From NCBI GenBank assembly GCA_043803765.1, contig JAZDJQ010000001.1, positions 32,150 to 96,149 of the forward strand: 64,000 bases of DNA, read 5' to 3'. The notes under the pieces were generated by a model. That model was not told the DNA's origin, did no database searches, and saw only the letters and a program-made list of their open reading frames with translations. The translations under genes were made by a program, and so were the position numbers. This stretch comes from Candidatus Iainarchaeum sp. GTDB taxonomy: Archaea > Iainarchaeota > Iainarchaeia > Iainarchaeales > VGJJ01. The first letter of the stretch is position 1; every line of letters begins with the position of its first letter. Shown here in pieces: positions 52,484-62,740 of this stretch.

Positions 52484-53524
52484 ATGGCGCGGGATGGAAG
52501 GATACTAGTGTATTCTCCTTCTTTTGTATGGAAAAAGGGTTCTCTTTCGTCTGAAGGGGCGGATTTTCTTCTTTCTTTTGAATGGCGTTCTTTTTCAGTT
52601 GGGGTTATTTCTTCTATTTCAGAGGAAAAGAAAATAGTGCGGAATCATTGGTGTGCGTTTCTTTCAAATAATCCTTCTTTCCGTGACCGTTTTTTTGTTC
52701 AAGACGAGGGCGATATTCATGTAGTGATTGATTTTGGTAAAGATTCCGTTTTTTTTCGTATTCATCCTATTATTCTCGTAGGACGCTATCTCAAACTCGC
52801 TCGGGGTATTGCTCAGACGCGTCATTATTGTTATTCGTGCAAGGGGGTGGGTAAAAAAAAGGGCAAATTGTGCTTTGTGTGTAATGGTGAAAAGATTCTT
52901 ACGAAAGAGAGCGTGCAGGAACTAATTGCTCCTTTTGTTAAAGAAGTCTTTCAGTGTGAGGAAGTATTATTTCATGGTGCGGGGAGAGAAGATGTGGATG
53001 TGCGTATGCTGGGTAATGGTCGTCCTTTTGCATTGACATTGGAAAATCCTCGCGTTCGAATAGTAGACGTGTTGCAATTAATGAAAAAAATTAATCACGC
53101 ATTGCTTGGGAAAGTCGAGCTTATTGAATTACAACTGGGTGTTTCGCGTGATGTGGCAAGGATAATGCAGACGTATCATACGAAGAAATATCGTGCTCTT
53201 GTTGAGAGTTTGGAAAAGATTTCGATTCGAAAACTGGATTCTTTTTTGCATCAAAAAATAGATGTTATTCAAACCACTCCCTCGCGGGTGGAAAAACGCC
53301 GTGCAATGAAGGAGAGGTTTCATTGGGTTGTTTTGGAAAAGGTAACGCAGATAGACTCTCATCATATTGAAATGGAGTTGCACGCCTCACAAGGGTGTTA
53401 TATCAAGGAGTTTATTTCGGGGGATAATGGGAGGAGTGTTCCTTCCTTTTCTTCTTGGTTGGCGTCCCCCTGCACGTGTATCGAGTTAGATGTTCTGGCT
53501 ATTTTGGATGAATCATTATTTTAA
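52484..53524 (+). CDS. pus10: tRNA pseudouridine(54/55) synthase Pus10
   Basis: GRYLK..RGIAQT, FHGAGREDVDVRMLGNGRPF, QTTPSRV, YIKEFISGD; start uncertain. Confidence 0.92.
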   Translation: MARDGRILVYSPSFVWKKGSLSSEGADFLLSFEWRSFSVGVISSISEEKKIVRNHWCAFLSNNPSFRDRFFVQDEGDIHVVIDFGKDSVFFRIHPIILVGRYLKLARGIAQTRHYCYSCKGVGKKKGKLCFVCNGEKILTKESVQELIAPFVKEVFQCEEVLFHGAGREDVDVRMLGNGRPFALTLENPRVRIVDVLQLMKKINHALLGKVELIELQLGVSRDVARIMQTYHTKKYRALVESLEKISIRKLDSFLHQKIDVIQTTPSRVEKRRAMKERFHWVVLEKVTQIDSHHIEMELHASQGCYIKEFISGDNGRSVPSFSSWLASPCTCIELDVLAILDESLF

Positions 53525-53552
53525 TTTTCTTTTTCCTCGCCGAGCGGTTTTT

Positions 53553-53714
53553 TTATTTTTTTTCCGCTTTGAGATAGTCTCCCAGCATTCGGTTGGCCGT
53601 TTCTCTTGAAATGTAGGTGTCTTTTTTCAACCATCCTTCCCACTTTTTTTTCCACGTTGCGAGCGTGTTTTTCCAATTTCCCCTATTATTCATAGCAAGG
53701 TATCCTGCTTTCAT
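53553..53714 (-). CDS. Small Trp/Lys-rich hypothetical protein (53 aa)
   Basis: Manual translation; starts 15 nt after the RPA stop. Confidence 0.35.
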   Translation of the reverse strand: MKAGYLAMNNRGNWKNTLATWKKKWEGWLKKDTYISRETANRMLGDYLKAEKK

Positions 53715-53729
53715 TTTTTATGGGATTGT

Positions 53730-54704
53730 TTATTCGGGTGGGAATGGTATTTTTTCTGCTTCTTGTATAACGATTTCAGTGCTGGTTCGGTCCATTCCTA
53801 TTTTTCCTCTTCCGAGTATGTGCATGTATTTTCCACGAACATCATTGCATAATATTATTCGTTCTTTTTCATTTTCAAGCAGGGACAGCACGTCTTCTTT
53901 TTCTTTTCCGTATATTTTTGCTGCTGTTTCTCCGAATGCGACTCCTCGCATCGTGGCCGTTCCATCATCTACGAGTAGTGAAACAAGTAATTTTGTTTCT
54001 ACTTTTCCTTCTTTTCCGCATTGGGGGCAGCTTGTTGAGCGTTCCATTAGTTTGGCTTGGCATGCCGTGCATCGTACATAGTATCCTTTTCCGGGTAACA
54101 CGTCTACTACGTGTACGTTTCCTTCAAATGATTCATTTTCGCGTACGTTTGACAATGGTGTTTGTTTTTCTTCTTTTTTTTCAATTTCTTCTCCTTCTTG
54201 TCCTTCGACGATGCATGTTCCGTTATACCCTAATGATACTTGTACTTGTCCATTGAATATTCCGATTCGTGCATTTGTGATTGTTATCTTGCTTCCTTTT
54301 CTAATTTTTTTTGCTTCTGCTTCTTCTGCATCTTTATTCCAAAATGTGTACAATGCTTCTCCTGTTTCATCCGTTAAACGTGTGGTGAGATATTTTCCTT
54401 CTTTTCCATTTTTGGTGAATGTTTTTATTCGGTCCGCAATTTTTACGGTGGCTGAAATGTCCACGTTATTCATTCCTGCTTTCAGTTCTCCTAATGATAT
54501 TTTCATTCCTTTTTTTTCTAGTGTGGGCAGATGCACGTTCAAGTCTTTGCTTAGCAGTACTAATGCTCCTTGTTCGGTGAGTAATCCTCCGAATTTGCTT
54601 ATTTTTTCTTTCATTTTTTCCAGGATGACTTCTTTTTCTATTCCTGTTTCGGTGGCGATTTGGTGGAGGGTTTCATCAATATCAATCGATCCATTACTTG
54701 TCAT
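53730..54704 (-). CDS. rpa: Replication protein A (OB folds plus Zn finger)
   Basis: GGLLTEQGA N-domain; DETGE..FW; CxxC..CPQC; DDGTA. Confidence 0.85.
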   Translation of the reverse strand: MTSNGSIDIDETLHQIATETGIEKEVILEKMKEKISKFGGLLTEQGALVLLSKDLNVHLPTLEKKGMKISLGELKAGMNNVDISATVKIADRIKTFTKNGKEGKYLTTRLTDETGEALYTFWNKDAEEAEAKKIRKGSKITITNARIGIFNGQVQVSLGYNGTCIVEGQEGEEIEKKEEKQTPLSNVRENESFEGNVHVVDVLPGKGYYVRCTACQAKLMERSTSCPQCGKEGKVETKLLVSLLVDDGTATMRGVAFGETAAKIYGKEKEDVLSLLENEKERIILCNDVRGKYMHILGRGKIGMDRTSTEIVIQEAEKIPFPPE

Positions 54705-54907
54705 GACCTGTTTACGTCCCTATCCTATTTTAGGGTTGTCCTTTCCTTCATCTTTTGCCCATAAAGTGGATAAAAAAATAATTAAATGTGATATTTGGCC
54801 AATACTGTTGTTTTAGTCCCTTTTTCCAATGCTTTGCAAGCAAGTCCCTTCCCTTGTTGAGTGTTCATTCCTAATCCTTTTTATTTGTACAAGGTGTGCT
54901 TATTTGA

Positions 54908-55588
54908 ATGTGGGAAGAAGTGGGGGAAAATGTGTATGCTTCATTTGGTACCGATTCTTCCAGTCATACCTATGTTTTAGTAGGAAAGTCTGTCGCGTTG
55001 ATTGATTCGGGTCTTGCTGGGAGTTCTCGTCAATTGAAAGAAGGATTGTCTTCTATTGGGGTGTCTTTCAAGGATGTGAGTATTGTTCTTCACACGCACG
55101 GTCATGCGGATAATTTTGCTTTGGATTATCTTCTTCCTAAAGCGCAGGTGTGGATGCATCCTGCGGATGCATTGTATGTGAATGCGAAGGATCCTGTTTT
55201 TGCTCTTACGGGGGGGCTTGCTACTCCTTCTCTTAAGTGGCCGGCTATTCAGCACACGTTTGTCGACAAACAAGTATTTGATTTGGGTAATTTTTCTATT
55301 CAAACTATTTTTACTCCGGGTCATACTAAAGGGAGTGTTTCGTTTATGGAGCAGAACAAAAAATGGTTGTTTTGTGGTGACGCATTATTTTCTACTGGAT
55401 TAGGGCGATGGGATTTGACGAGTGGGAACAAGCCTCAGGTTATTTCATCTGCTCGTAAAATTCTTTTTTCTTCTCCTAAGATGATTCTTCCCGGGCATGG
55501 TCTTCCTATTAAAGCACGGGGAAGTGCCTCTATTTCCCGTCAGTTAGAGCGTTTGATGGGTGAAGAAGTTCCCGAGTCCTATTACTAA
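54908..55588 (+). CDS. MBL-fold hydrolase
   Basis: THGHADN, TPGHT, CGD, PGHG. Confidence 0.88.
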   Translation: MWEEVGENVYASFGTDSSSHTYVLVGKSVALIDSGLAGSSRQLKEGLSSIGVSFKDVSIVLHTHGHADNFALDYLLPKAQVWMHPADALYVNAKDPVFALTGGLATPSLKWPAIQHTFVDKQVFDLGNFSIQTIFTPGHTKGSVSFMEQNKKWLFCGDALFSTGLGRWDLTSGNKPQVISSARKILFSSPKMILPGHGLPIKARGSASISRQLERLMGEEVPESYY

Positions 55589-55684
55589 TGCGTAATTCGT
55601 CAATCCCCCGTTTTCTTCCCGTTGGGTTGTCGAAGCTCTTTGTTTTTAAGGGGATTTTTGTATTCTTTTTTCATTGTGAGTCCT

Positions 55685-56524
55685 ATGTTGCACACCCACC
55701 CTCATTCCAAACCAGAAAAAAATACTCTTCCTTTTCCTTTTCCTCCCAGTCAGGGGAATGTGTATCATTCTCTTATTGAGACGGCTCAGAAAAGCCCCGG
55801 TCAAGTATTTGTTGTGATTGACCCTCCTGATCATACTCCTGAGCAGGTGAAGCATATTGCGCTTGCGGCTGATCGTGCGGGTGTTTCTGCTTTTGCGGTT
55901 GGTGGGAGTTTGGGTGCGCAGGGAAAAATTTTGGATGATTGTATTGCGGCCATTAAGTCTGTTTCCAAAAAGCCCGTGATTCTTTTTCCGGGTAATATTG
56001 CTACTCTTTCTCCAAAGGCGGATGCGGTTTATTTTATGAGTTTGTTCAACTCCACGGATCCATATTATATTTCCGGTGCCCAAATAGCAGCAGCCTATCC
56101 TGTGAATAAAATGAGGATTGAAACGATTGGAACTGCTTACTTGGTTTTTGAACCGGGTCAGGCGGTTGGTTGGGTTGGGAGTGCGAAGCTTCTTCCCAGA
56201 AATATTCCTTATTTGGGTGCGGTGAGTGCTCTTGCTGCGCAAATGTTAGGTATGCAGCTTATTATTCTCGAGTCGGGTTCGGGTGCTCCTTCTTGTGTTC
56301 CTCCCGAGTGTATTGCGGCCGTACGCAATATGGTTCATCTTCCTATTGTTGTAGCAGGTGGAGTAAAAACGCCCGAGGATGCTGCTCGGTGCATTAAAGC
56401 AGGCGCGGATATTGTTCATGTAGGAACAAGTATTGCGAAAGCCGCGGATGGGGATATGAGGAAAGCAGAAAAACTCATGAAAGAATTAGTGGATGCAGTG
56501 AAGAAAGCAGGTAAATCTCGCTGA
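55685..56524 (+). CDS. Geranylgeranylglyceryl phosphate synthase
   Basis: IDP, VGGS, LFPG, MSLFNS, ESGSGA, AGG, GADIVHVG. Confidence 0.88.
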   Translation: MLHTHPHSKPEKNTLPFPFPPSQGNVYHSLIETAQKSPGQVFVVIDPPDHTPEQVKHIALAADRAGVSAFAVGGSLGAQGKILDDCIAAIKSVSKKPVILFPGNIATLSPKADAVYFMSLFNSTDPYYISGAQIAAAYPVNKMRIETIGTAYLVFEPGQAVGWVGSAKLLPRNIPYLGAVSALAAQMLGMQLIILESGSGAPSCVPPECIAAVRNMVHLPIVVAGGVKTPEDAARCIKAGADIVHVGTSIAKAADGDMRKAEKLMKELVDAVKKAGKSR

Positions 56525-56525
56525 G

Positions 56526-57362
56526 TCAGAGTGAATCGTAATACTTTTTCAATAGCATTGCATCCTTTTCCTGTCCCGGGCATTCCGTGATGCATATTCC
56601 TCTTACGTTGAATTCTTTTAAGCTTTCTGCCATTGCTTTCCAATTCATTGTGTTTTCGTGTGAGTCAAGGCTCGTGTGGTATTTTTCTCCTTTTTCAGTA
56701 AAAGTGATTCCGCAGCATTGGATATGCATGTCTTTCAGGTAGTTTTTATCATATTTTTCTATTTTTTCCAGTATTTCATCGAATTTTTCTTTTTTGGTAA
56801 GACTTCCATTGCTTGTTGCATGCGCATGCCCAAAGTCCATGCACCATGATAGTCTATTTTCTTGTGCAATTTCCATGATTTCTTCCAAGTTTCCCCATTG
56901 CGATTTTTTTCCTGCGAACTCGGGGGCGATTTTTATTTTGATTCCATTCTTATCCAATCGGTCATATATTTGGTTGCATGCATTCACTATTTTTTCTTTT
57001 ATTTTTTTGCTTTCATCCCCGTGCCGGAATGCGGCATGAACCGCTACGCTTTCCGCTCCGCACAATCCTCCCATTTTGCATGCTAAATATAGTCGTTCAA
57101 TGCTCGCTTTCAGCGTTTCATTTTTCTGTGAGTTAAGGTTAATGTAATAGGGTGCATGTACACTCAATCGTATTCCTTCCTTTTTTCGTGCTTCGTTTAC
57201 TTCCATTGCTTTTTCTTCATTTTTGATGTAAACGGATTGTACGAATGCTAACTCCATGGCATCCAAACCTAATTCCTTAATTGTATAAACTCCCTGCACG
57301 ATTCCTTTTCCATTCGTTGAGCGCGGGATGCCGGAGGGTCCAAATCCTAATTTTCGTGTCAT
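56526..57362 (-). CDS. nfo: Endonuclease IV-like TIM barrel
   Basis: GPSGIP, SVHAPYYINLNS, DFGHAHA. Confidence 0.85.
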   Translation of the reverse strand: MTRKLGFGPSGIPRSTNGKGIVQGVYTIKELGLDAMELAFVQSVYIKNEEKAMEVNEARKKEGIRLSVHAPYYINLNSQKNETLKASIERLYLACKMGGLCGAESVAVHAAFRHGDESKKIKEKIVNACNQIYDRLDKNGIKIKIAPEFAGKKSQWGNLEEIMEIAQENRLSWCMDFGHAHATSNGSLTKKEKFDEILEKIEKYDKNYLKDMHIQCCGITFTEKGEKYHTSLDSHENTMNWKAMAESLKEFNVRGICITECPGQEKDAMLLKKYYDSL

Positions 57363-57412
57363 CCTTGCTGAATATGCCGAAACCTACTTAATGTCTTTCT
57401 TTTTCATGAAAA

Positions 57413-57853
57413 ATGATGTCTCCCCCTAAATCCTCCAAGCGGATTTCTTTTGATGGGTTGCTCAAATCCCCGGATGCGTTTGTTCAGCTTCGTTTTGCTG
57501 GAACAACGTCTTTTTCTCTTCGTTTAGAAGCCAAACGAAAGGGGGATGCACTGGTTGATTTTGGTTTTCATACGGATGGTCCGGTTGTTTTTGCCTTATT
57601 TCTTTCACGTTCTCTTGCTCTTTTTCTCAATCAGTCTTCTACTACTGCTGAATCGATTACTCTTTCTTCTTTTCATGATTCTCTTTCTCCTTCTCCTGAT
57701 GAAAAGGAATATTCTCTTTTTGTGTGGAATGCTATTCAGGATGTGATTGCCCGTCTGCCATTTGATGACCCTTTATCTAAGATGCTTGGAAAAATTTCCC
57801 GCATGAATGATGAGTTTCCCCTTGGGGATGGTAATAAAGACGATGATGACTAA
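57413..57853 (+). CDS. Hypothetical protein
   Basis: ORF fills the intergenic gap; acidic C-terminus. Confidence 0.5.
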   Translation: MMSPPKSSKRISFDGLLKSPDAFVQLRFAGTTSFSLRLEAKRKGDALVDFGFHTDGPVVFALFLSRSLALFLNQSSTTAESITLSSFHDSLSPSPDEKEYSLFVWNAIQDVIARLPFDDPLSKMLGKISRMNDEFPLGDGNKDDDD

Positions 57854-58764
57854 TTCTTGATATTTTGGTGCGCCAGTATATCATATGTTTTCTGCAATGA
57901 TTCCTTCGTCGAGTATTTTGGTTTCCATCCTATTGCTCGTGCTTTGGTAGTGTCATACTCTCGGTGTTTTCCCATTCTTCTCACGTGTGCGGGAATCAGG
58001 AGAGCGGGTTTTCCTGTTATTTTGCTCATAAGCAAAAAAACATAGCTTCCCGCTACCCCTAGTAGTTGGGGGATGCTTTTGGGTCGTTTTACTCCTTGTA
58101 TGTCCGCAATCATATCGACTACTTCTCGAAGAGTGTGCATTTCTTCTTCTGCTACAATGAATGCTTCATTTTCAATTTCTTTGTCTTTTACGCATAGTGC
58201 AATAAAATCGGCTAAATCATCTACGTCCACCATTTGCCATTTGTTTTTTCCTTTTCCAATGAGCGGAAATCCTTTTTTTATGGTTGAAAAGATTCTTTTC
58301 CAGTAATCATTCGGTCCTACTACGAGTGCGGGGCGGATGATGACTATAGGAAAAACTTCCTGCATATTCCATACGAGTTTTTCTGCTTCTGCTTTGCTTT
58401 TCTCATAGTTTGTTTCTGGCATTTGGATTGATTGTTCGTCCAGTTTTTCCTTTGCTTTCCCAAATATTCCAACCGAGCTGATGAAGATGAACTTGCTCAC
58501 ATTTTCTTTCTCTGCCGCATTAAGTAAATTTCGGGTTCCTTCCACGTTAATCCTATACATTTCTTCTTTTGGTGTTCGCTCGTCAATCGTAGCAGCGGCA
58601 TGAACTACGACATCGACTCCTTTCATCACGCGCTCGGCATCTTCTTTTTGTGTGATGTCGATTCCCTTGCTTTTTGATGCTTCCACTAATGTGTATTTTT
58701 TTTCCAGTCGCACGCGTACTGCGTTTCCAATCATTCCCGTGCTTCCAGTGAGTAAAATCTTCAT
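57850..58764 (-). CDS. NAD-dependent epimerase/dehydratase
   Basis: TGSTGMIG, HAAA, INVEGT, YEKSK. Confidence 0.9.
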   Translation of the reverse strand: MKILLTGSTGMIGNAVRVRLEKKYTLVEASKSKGIDITQKEDAERVMKGVDVVVHAAATIDERTPKEEMYRINVEGTRNLLNAAEKENVSKFIFISSVGIFGKAKEKLDEQSIQMPETNYEKSKAEAEKLVWNMQEVFPIVIIRPALVVGPNDYWKRIFSTIKKGFPLIGKGKNKWQMVDVDDLADFIALCVKDKEIENEAFIVAEEEMHTLREVVDMIADIQGVKRPKSIPQLLGVAGSYVFLLMSKITGKPALLIPAHVRRMGKHREYDTTKARAIGWKPKYSTKESLQKTYDILAHQNIKN

Positions 58765-58785
58765 TTGTATCCTATCCTTCGTGCG

Positions 58786-59604
58786 TTATAAAAAGCTTGG
58801 TACGATGTTTAGTGTCCATTCCGGGAAGAAATAGGTGATGAGTACTCCTAGAAAAAGGAACGGGGCAAATTTTGGCAGGTTTCGGTATACCGGGATGGTT
58901 GAAAATCCCATTTGCTTTAGTTGTGGTATATCGTTTACTCCAACGAGTGCAGGAATTTTTTTTCCCCATTTCTTTTTTTCTTCTTCGGTAAGCATTTCTC
59001 CTGCTACTACTTCGTCTTCTTCTAATTGGTTAATGGTGATGCGTTCTAAGAATATGTTTTTTTTTATTTCTTCTTCAAATGCATAAAAGATGATTCCCAT
59101 TACTAATGCGATGCTCATGAATCCTAATCCGCTTATGGAATAGTTTCCTTGTGCCCATAATAGGTAGAGCAGTATTCCTGTTCCCGCCAGCATCATGCCT
59201 GCTTTTTTTCTTTGTGGGGTGTTCCAATCAATTTTGGGTTTCATTCGAATATACCTCCCGACGTAATACAATGAAAATGCGATGCTCGCACTCAATGCCG
59301 CGATGAATAATACGGCGAATGGGAAAATCATTCCCATGAAGAAGGGTTGTACCGTGCTTATTCCCGCAAGTAATTTTACGTCTCCTCCGCCCATTTTTCC
59401 TGTTCGATAAATTAAATATCCTATTCCCATTACTCCTGTTCCCATTGCAATTCCTTCCCATTTTCCTGTTAGTATACTTAATAGTATTCCTATTCCAATC
59501 AACGGGTAGGTAACCCAATCATAGATGTATCCTGTTTTCCAATCGGTGTAGGCTCCTATTCCGGTTGCTGCTACGATGCTGATGAATGCGATTTGGTCTA
59601 GCAT
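58786..59604 (-). CDS. A24 prepilin peptidase
   Basis: AYTD, MGGGDVKL, PKFAPFL; multiple TMs. Confidence 0.88.
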   Translation of the reverse strand: MLDQIAFISIVAATGIGAYTDWKTGYIYDWVTYPLIGIGILLSILTGKWEGIAMGTGVMGIGYLIYRTGKMGGGDVKLLAGISTVQPFFMGMIFPFAVLFIAALSASIAFSLYYVGRYIRMKPKIDWNTPQRKKAGMMLAGTGILLYLLWAQGNYSISGLGFMSIALVMGIIFYAFEEEIKKNIFLERITINQLEEDEVVAGEMLTEEEKKKWGKKIPALVGVNDIPQLKQMGFSTIPVYRNLPKFAPFLFLGVLITYFFPEWTLNIVPSFL

Positions 59605-59611
59605 AGTGTTG

Positions 59612-60964
59612 TTACCGTAGTTTGATTTTTTTTGTTTTTTGGAATTTTTTCATTAGTTTCTGCATTCCTTTTGGGTTTTTCAGTGATTCTTCGTTTAAAT
59701 GCTTGAATTGTCCCATCATTTTTTTGAGTTGTCGATAGTGTTTCAGTAATTCTCGTACGCCTCCTTCTGTTTTTCCGCTTCCTTTGGCAATGCGTTGGAT
59801 TCGTGAGCTCGTAATCGTTTCGGGGTCGCGTTTTTCGTATTTGGTCATGCTATCCATCATGGCTTTATATCCATCTAATTTTTCCTCTCCTATTTCTAAT
59901 TCTTCTTTTGGAATGTTGTTTCCCATTCCCAGCATGTCGGCCACTTTGGATAGCGGTCCCATTTGTCTTGTTGCCGTCAGTTGAGCGTAAAATGTTTGTA
60001 ATGTGAAAGGTCCTTCCATCGGATTGATGGTTTGTCCTTCTTCTATTTTGAGTTCATCTATTTTTTCTAATAATCCTTTCAAATCTCCGTACCCCATTAC
60101 GCGGGAGAGGTATCTTGCCGCGTCAAACGATTCGAAGTCTTGTATTTTTTCTCCTGTTCCGATGAAGAATACGGGGGAATTGGTTGCTTTGCATGCGCTT
60201 AATGCTCCTCCTCCTTTAGCGCTTCCGTCCATCCGCGTGAGAATGACTCCGTTTAATCCTACGCTTTCATGGAATGCCTTTGCTTGTTTTTTTGCTTGTT
60301 GTCCTACATCTCCTCCTATTATTAACCATGTGTGTTCCGGTTTCAATATGGCATGAATACGTTTTACTTCTTCTACTAATTCTGAGTCGAGTGCGCTTCT
60401 TCCTGCTGAATCTACAATAATCGTGTGGACTCCTTTGCTTAGCAATTCTACAATTCCTCTTTTTACTACATGAGAGGCCTCTTTTTCTTCTCTTTCGGCA
60501 TAGAATTGTACTCCGGGAATTTTTTTTACTAATTGTTCGAGTTGGTCGATGGCTGCTGGTCGAAAAGTGTCCGCGGCAATGATTCCGATGCGTAATCCTC
60601 TCTTTGTGTAATATTGAGCGAGTTTTGCTGCAGTCGTTGTTTTTCCACTGCCGAAGAGACCAACCAATAATATGCTGGTTGGTTTTTCTGGGATGTTGTT
60701 TTCTTTTCCTCCAAGCAAATCAACTAATGCATCATACGTGAGTGAGATGAGGTGTTCTTTCCTATTCATTCCTTTTGGTATTTCTTCTGATAATGCCGCG
60801 GTTTCTAATTGTTTGCTGAGTGATAATACTGTTTGTATATCCACATCTGCTGATATGAGGGCGCGTTGTAATTCTTTTATGAGTGTTTTAACGCTATCCT
60901 TGTCTACGACTCTTAACGAGTTGAACGAGTCGAATGCTTTCCGTAATGAGTCTCCGAATCCCAT
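59612..60964 (-). CDS. srp54: Signal recognition particle protein SRP54
   Basis: GSGKTTT, DTFRPAA, DSAGR, AKGGGAL, M domain. Confidence 0.95.
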   Translation of the reverse strand: MGFGDSLRKAFDSFNSLRVVDKDSVKTLIKELQRALISADVDIQTVLSLSKQLETAALSEEIPKGMNRKEHLISLTYDALVDLLGGKENNIPEKPTSILLVGLFGSGKTTTAAKLAQYYTKRGLRIGIIAADTFRPAAIDQLEQLVKKIPGVQFYAEREEKEASHVVKRGIVELLSKGVHTIIVDSAGRSALDSELVEEVKRIHAILKPEHTWLIIGGDVGQQAKKQAKAFHESVGLNGVILTRMDGSAKGGGALSACKATNSPVFFIGTGEKIQDFESFDAARYLSRVMGYGDLKGLLEKIDELKIEEGQTINPMEGPFTLQTFYAQLTATRQMGPLSKVADMLGMGNNIPKEELEIGEEKLDGYKAMMDSMTKYEKRDPETITSSRIQRIAKGSGKTEGGVRELLKHYRQLKKMMGQFKHLNEESLKNPKGMQKLMKKFQKTKKIKLR

Positions 60965-61074
60965 AAATAAAAAGAGAAGAGAGCATCATTTAAAACGGCC
61001 TCTTAGAAATCGCCTTTTTGGAATGCGAACTGTTTAGTTCATACCGATTGGTCGTCAAACGGCTGAAGTGATTA

Positions 61075-62253
61075 TTATTGTTCTTCTGTTGGAATGAGTC
61101 TTTCTAGAAACGCATCGAGTGAGAAGCGTGTCAAGTCTTCATAGGATTGTCCTGTTCCAAAAAAAATGATGGGTTTGTGTAAGTTGTGCAGGATGGATAT
61201 TACTCCTCCTCCTTTGGAATCCGTGTCCAGTTTGGTCAAAATGAATCCATCGATTCCGATGGCCTCGTCGAACGTTCGTGCTTGGGTGAGTATTGCTTGT
61301 CCGGTGTAGGACTCTCCTACGTATATTTTGAGTTGTGGTTGTACCACCCTGTTTATTTTTTTCAGTTCTTCAATGAGATTCTTATTCGTATCTTGTCTTC
61401 CTGCTGTATCAATAATAACCACATCGGCATGGTCTCCTTCTGATGCTTTTACTGCGTCAAATGCTACAGCAGCAGGATCGGCTCCGTATTGGTGTTTGAT
61501 GAGCCGCACTCCTAATTTTTTTGCATGAATTTCAAGTTGTTCAATGCTTCCCGCCCTGAATGTATCTGCGCTCCCCCATACTACTTTTTTTCCTTTTTTC
61601 TTTAGATAGTGGGTTAATTTGGCAATCGTGGTTGTTTTTCCTGCCCCGTTTGGTCCGAGTATGAGGATAATGCACGGGTGATATGTTTCAATTTGTTGGT
61701 CAAAATCAATTTGAACGGGTGGCAGGATCGTGTGCAATGCTGCTTTGATTTCTTTTAATATTATTTTTCCTGGGTTTTCTCGTGCGGAGATCGTGCGGTT
61801 GGTGAGTCGTGCTTGTAGTTCTTCAACTAATGCACTGGCTGTTCCTATTTCAACGTCGGCTTCAAGAAGTGATAATTCGAATTCTTCTAAGAAATGGGTA
61901 ATGGTTTCTTCTTGTAACGTGATGGTTCCTGTTACGATTCCACCTATTTGTTGAAATACTCCTACGCGTGTTTTGATTTCTCTTTCTTCTTTTTCTTGCA
62001 TTTCGGGTAATCTTTTAGATAAGGAAGCAATTGTTTCTCGTGTTGGTAGCGAGTATTTCTCTTTCGTATTGGTTGATTCTTCTATTGGACGCAGCAGGGT
62101 ATTTTTTTTCTCTTTTTCTTTTTTTCTTTCTTCTATTTCGGTCTGCGTTACTGATTCTGGGTGAATATTCCCTATGTTGTTTTGTTCACTTGTTGCGCTT
62201 CCAAGTATTTTCTCGGTGAATCCTGCAATTTTTTTCTTGAGGAGGTCAAACAT
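61075..62253 (-). CDS. ftsY: SRP receptor FtsY
   Basis: GPNGAGKTTT, DTFRAG, DTAGR, TKLD..KGG. Confidence 0.95.
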   Translation of the reverse strand: MFDLLKKKIAGFTEKILGSATSEQNNIGNIHPESVTQTEIEERKKEKEKKNTLLRPIEESTNTKEKYSLPTRETIASLSKRLPEMQEKEEREIKTRVGVFQQIGGIVTGTITLQEETITHFLEEFELSLLEADVEIGTASALVEELQARLTNRTISARENPGKIILKEIKAALHTILPPVQIDFDQQIETYHPCIILILGPNGAGKTTTIAKLTHYLKKKGKKVVWGSADTFRAGSIEQLEIHAKKLGVRLIKHQYGADPAAVAFDAVKASEGDHADVVIIDTAGRQDTNKNLIEELKKINRVVQPQLKIYVGESYTGQAILTQARTFDEAIGIDGFILTKLDTDSKGGGVISILHNLHKPIIFFGTGQSYEDLTRFSLDAFLERLIPTEEQ

Positions 62254-62265
62254 GGTTATTTTTCC

Positions 62266-62706
62266 TCACTTTTTTCTTTCCTTCTTGGCGCGTCGTGCTA
62301 ATTCGAGTAATCTTTGCATGTTTTGAATATTGATTCGTGATTCGCTTAGTTTTTTTCCTAATAATTGTATTTCTTTCTCGAATATTTTTTTCCTTTCTTC
62401 TGTTTCTTTTTCCATTTCTTCTATGGTTGAATGCATCACTACATTTCCGGGGAGGGACCGTTGAAAAGTACTGGGTTTGATTGTTCCTTTGACGAAAAAT
62501 CCCCCTCCTAATGGAAGTAGGGTTTCGACTTCCTTTTTTCCTTTTACTTCTTTCACCATTTCTTGTATGCTGATGTTTTCAATTAGTAATTGTTCCATTC
62601 TCCTCATCTGTTGTGAAAGTTCTCGTGCTTGCTGGTTTTCCATTTTGTATGCTTCTCTTAGTTTGGGCATGTCAATAACCGTTCTTTCTTTTTTATTTTT
62701 GTTCAT
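62266..62706 (-). CDS. pfdA: Prefoldin alpha subunit
   Basis: Coiled coils flanking ETLLPLGGGFFVKG; conserved position between aIF6 and ftsY. Confidence 0.8.
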   Translation of the reverse strand: MNKNKKERTVIDMPKLREAYKMENQQARELSQQMRRMEQLLIENISIQEMVKEVKGKKEVETLLPLGGGFFVKGTIKPSTFQRSLPGNVVMHSTIEEMEKETEERKKIFEKEIQLLGKKLSESRINIQNMQRLLELARRAKKERKK

Positions 62707-62740
62707 TTCGTATCACGCGTCCTTTCTCTTGTCTATATTT

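Noticed and set aside
58786-59604. Type IV pilus or archaellum operon
   Set aside because: Only the peptidase is present; no pilins, ATPase or TadC nearby
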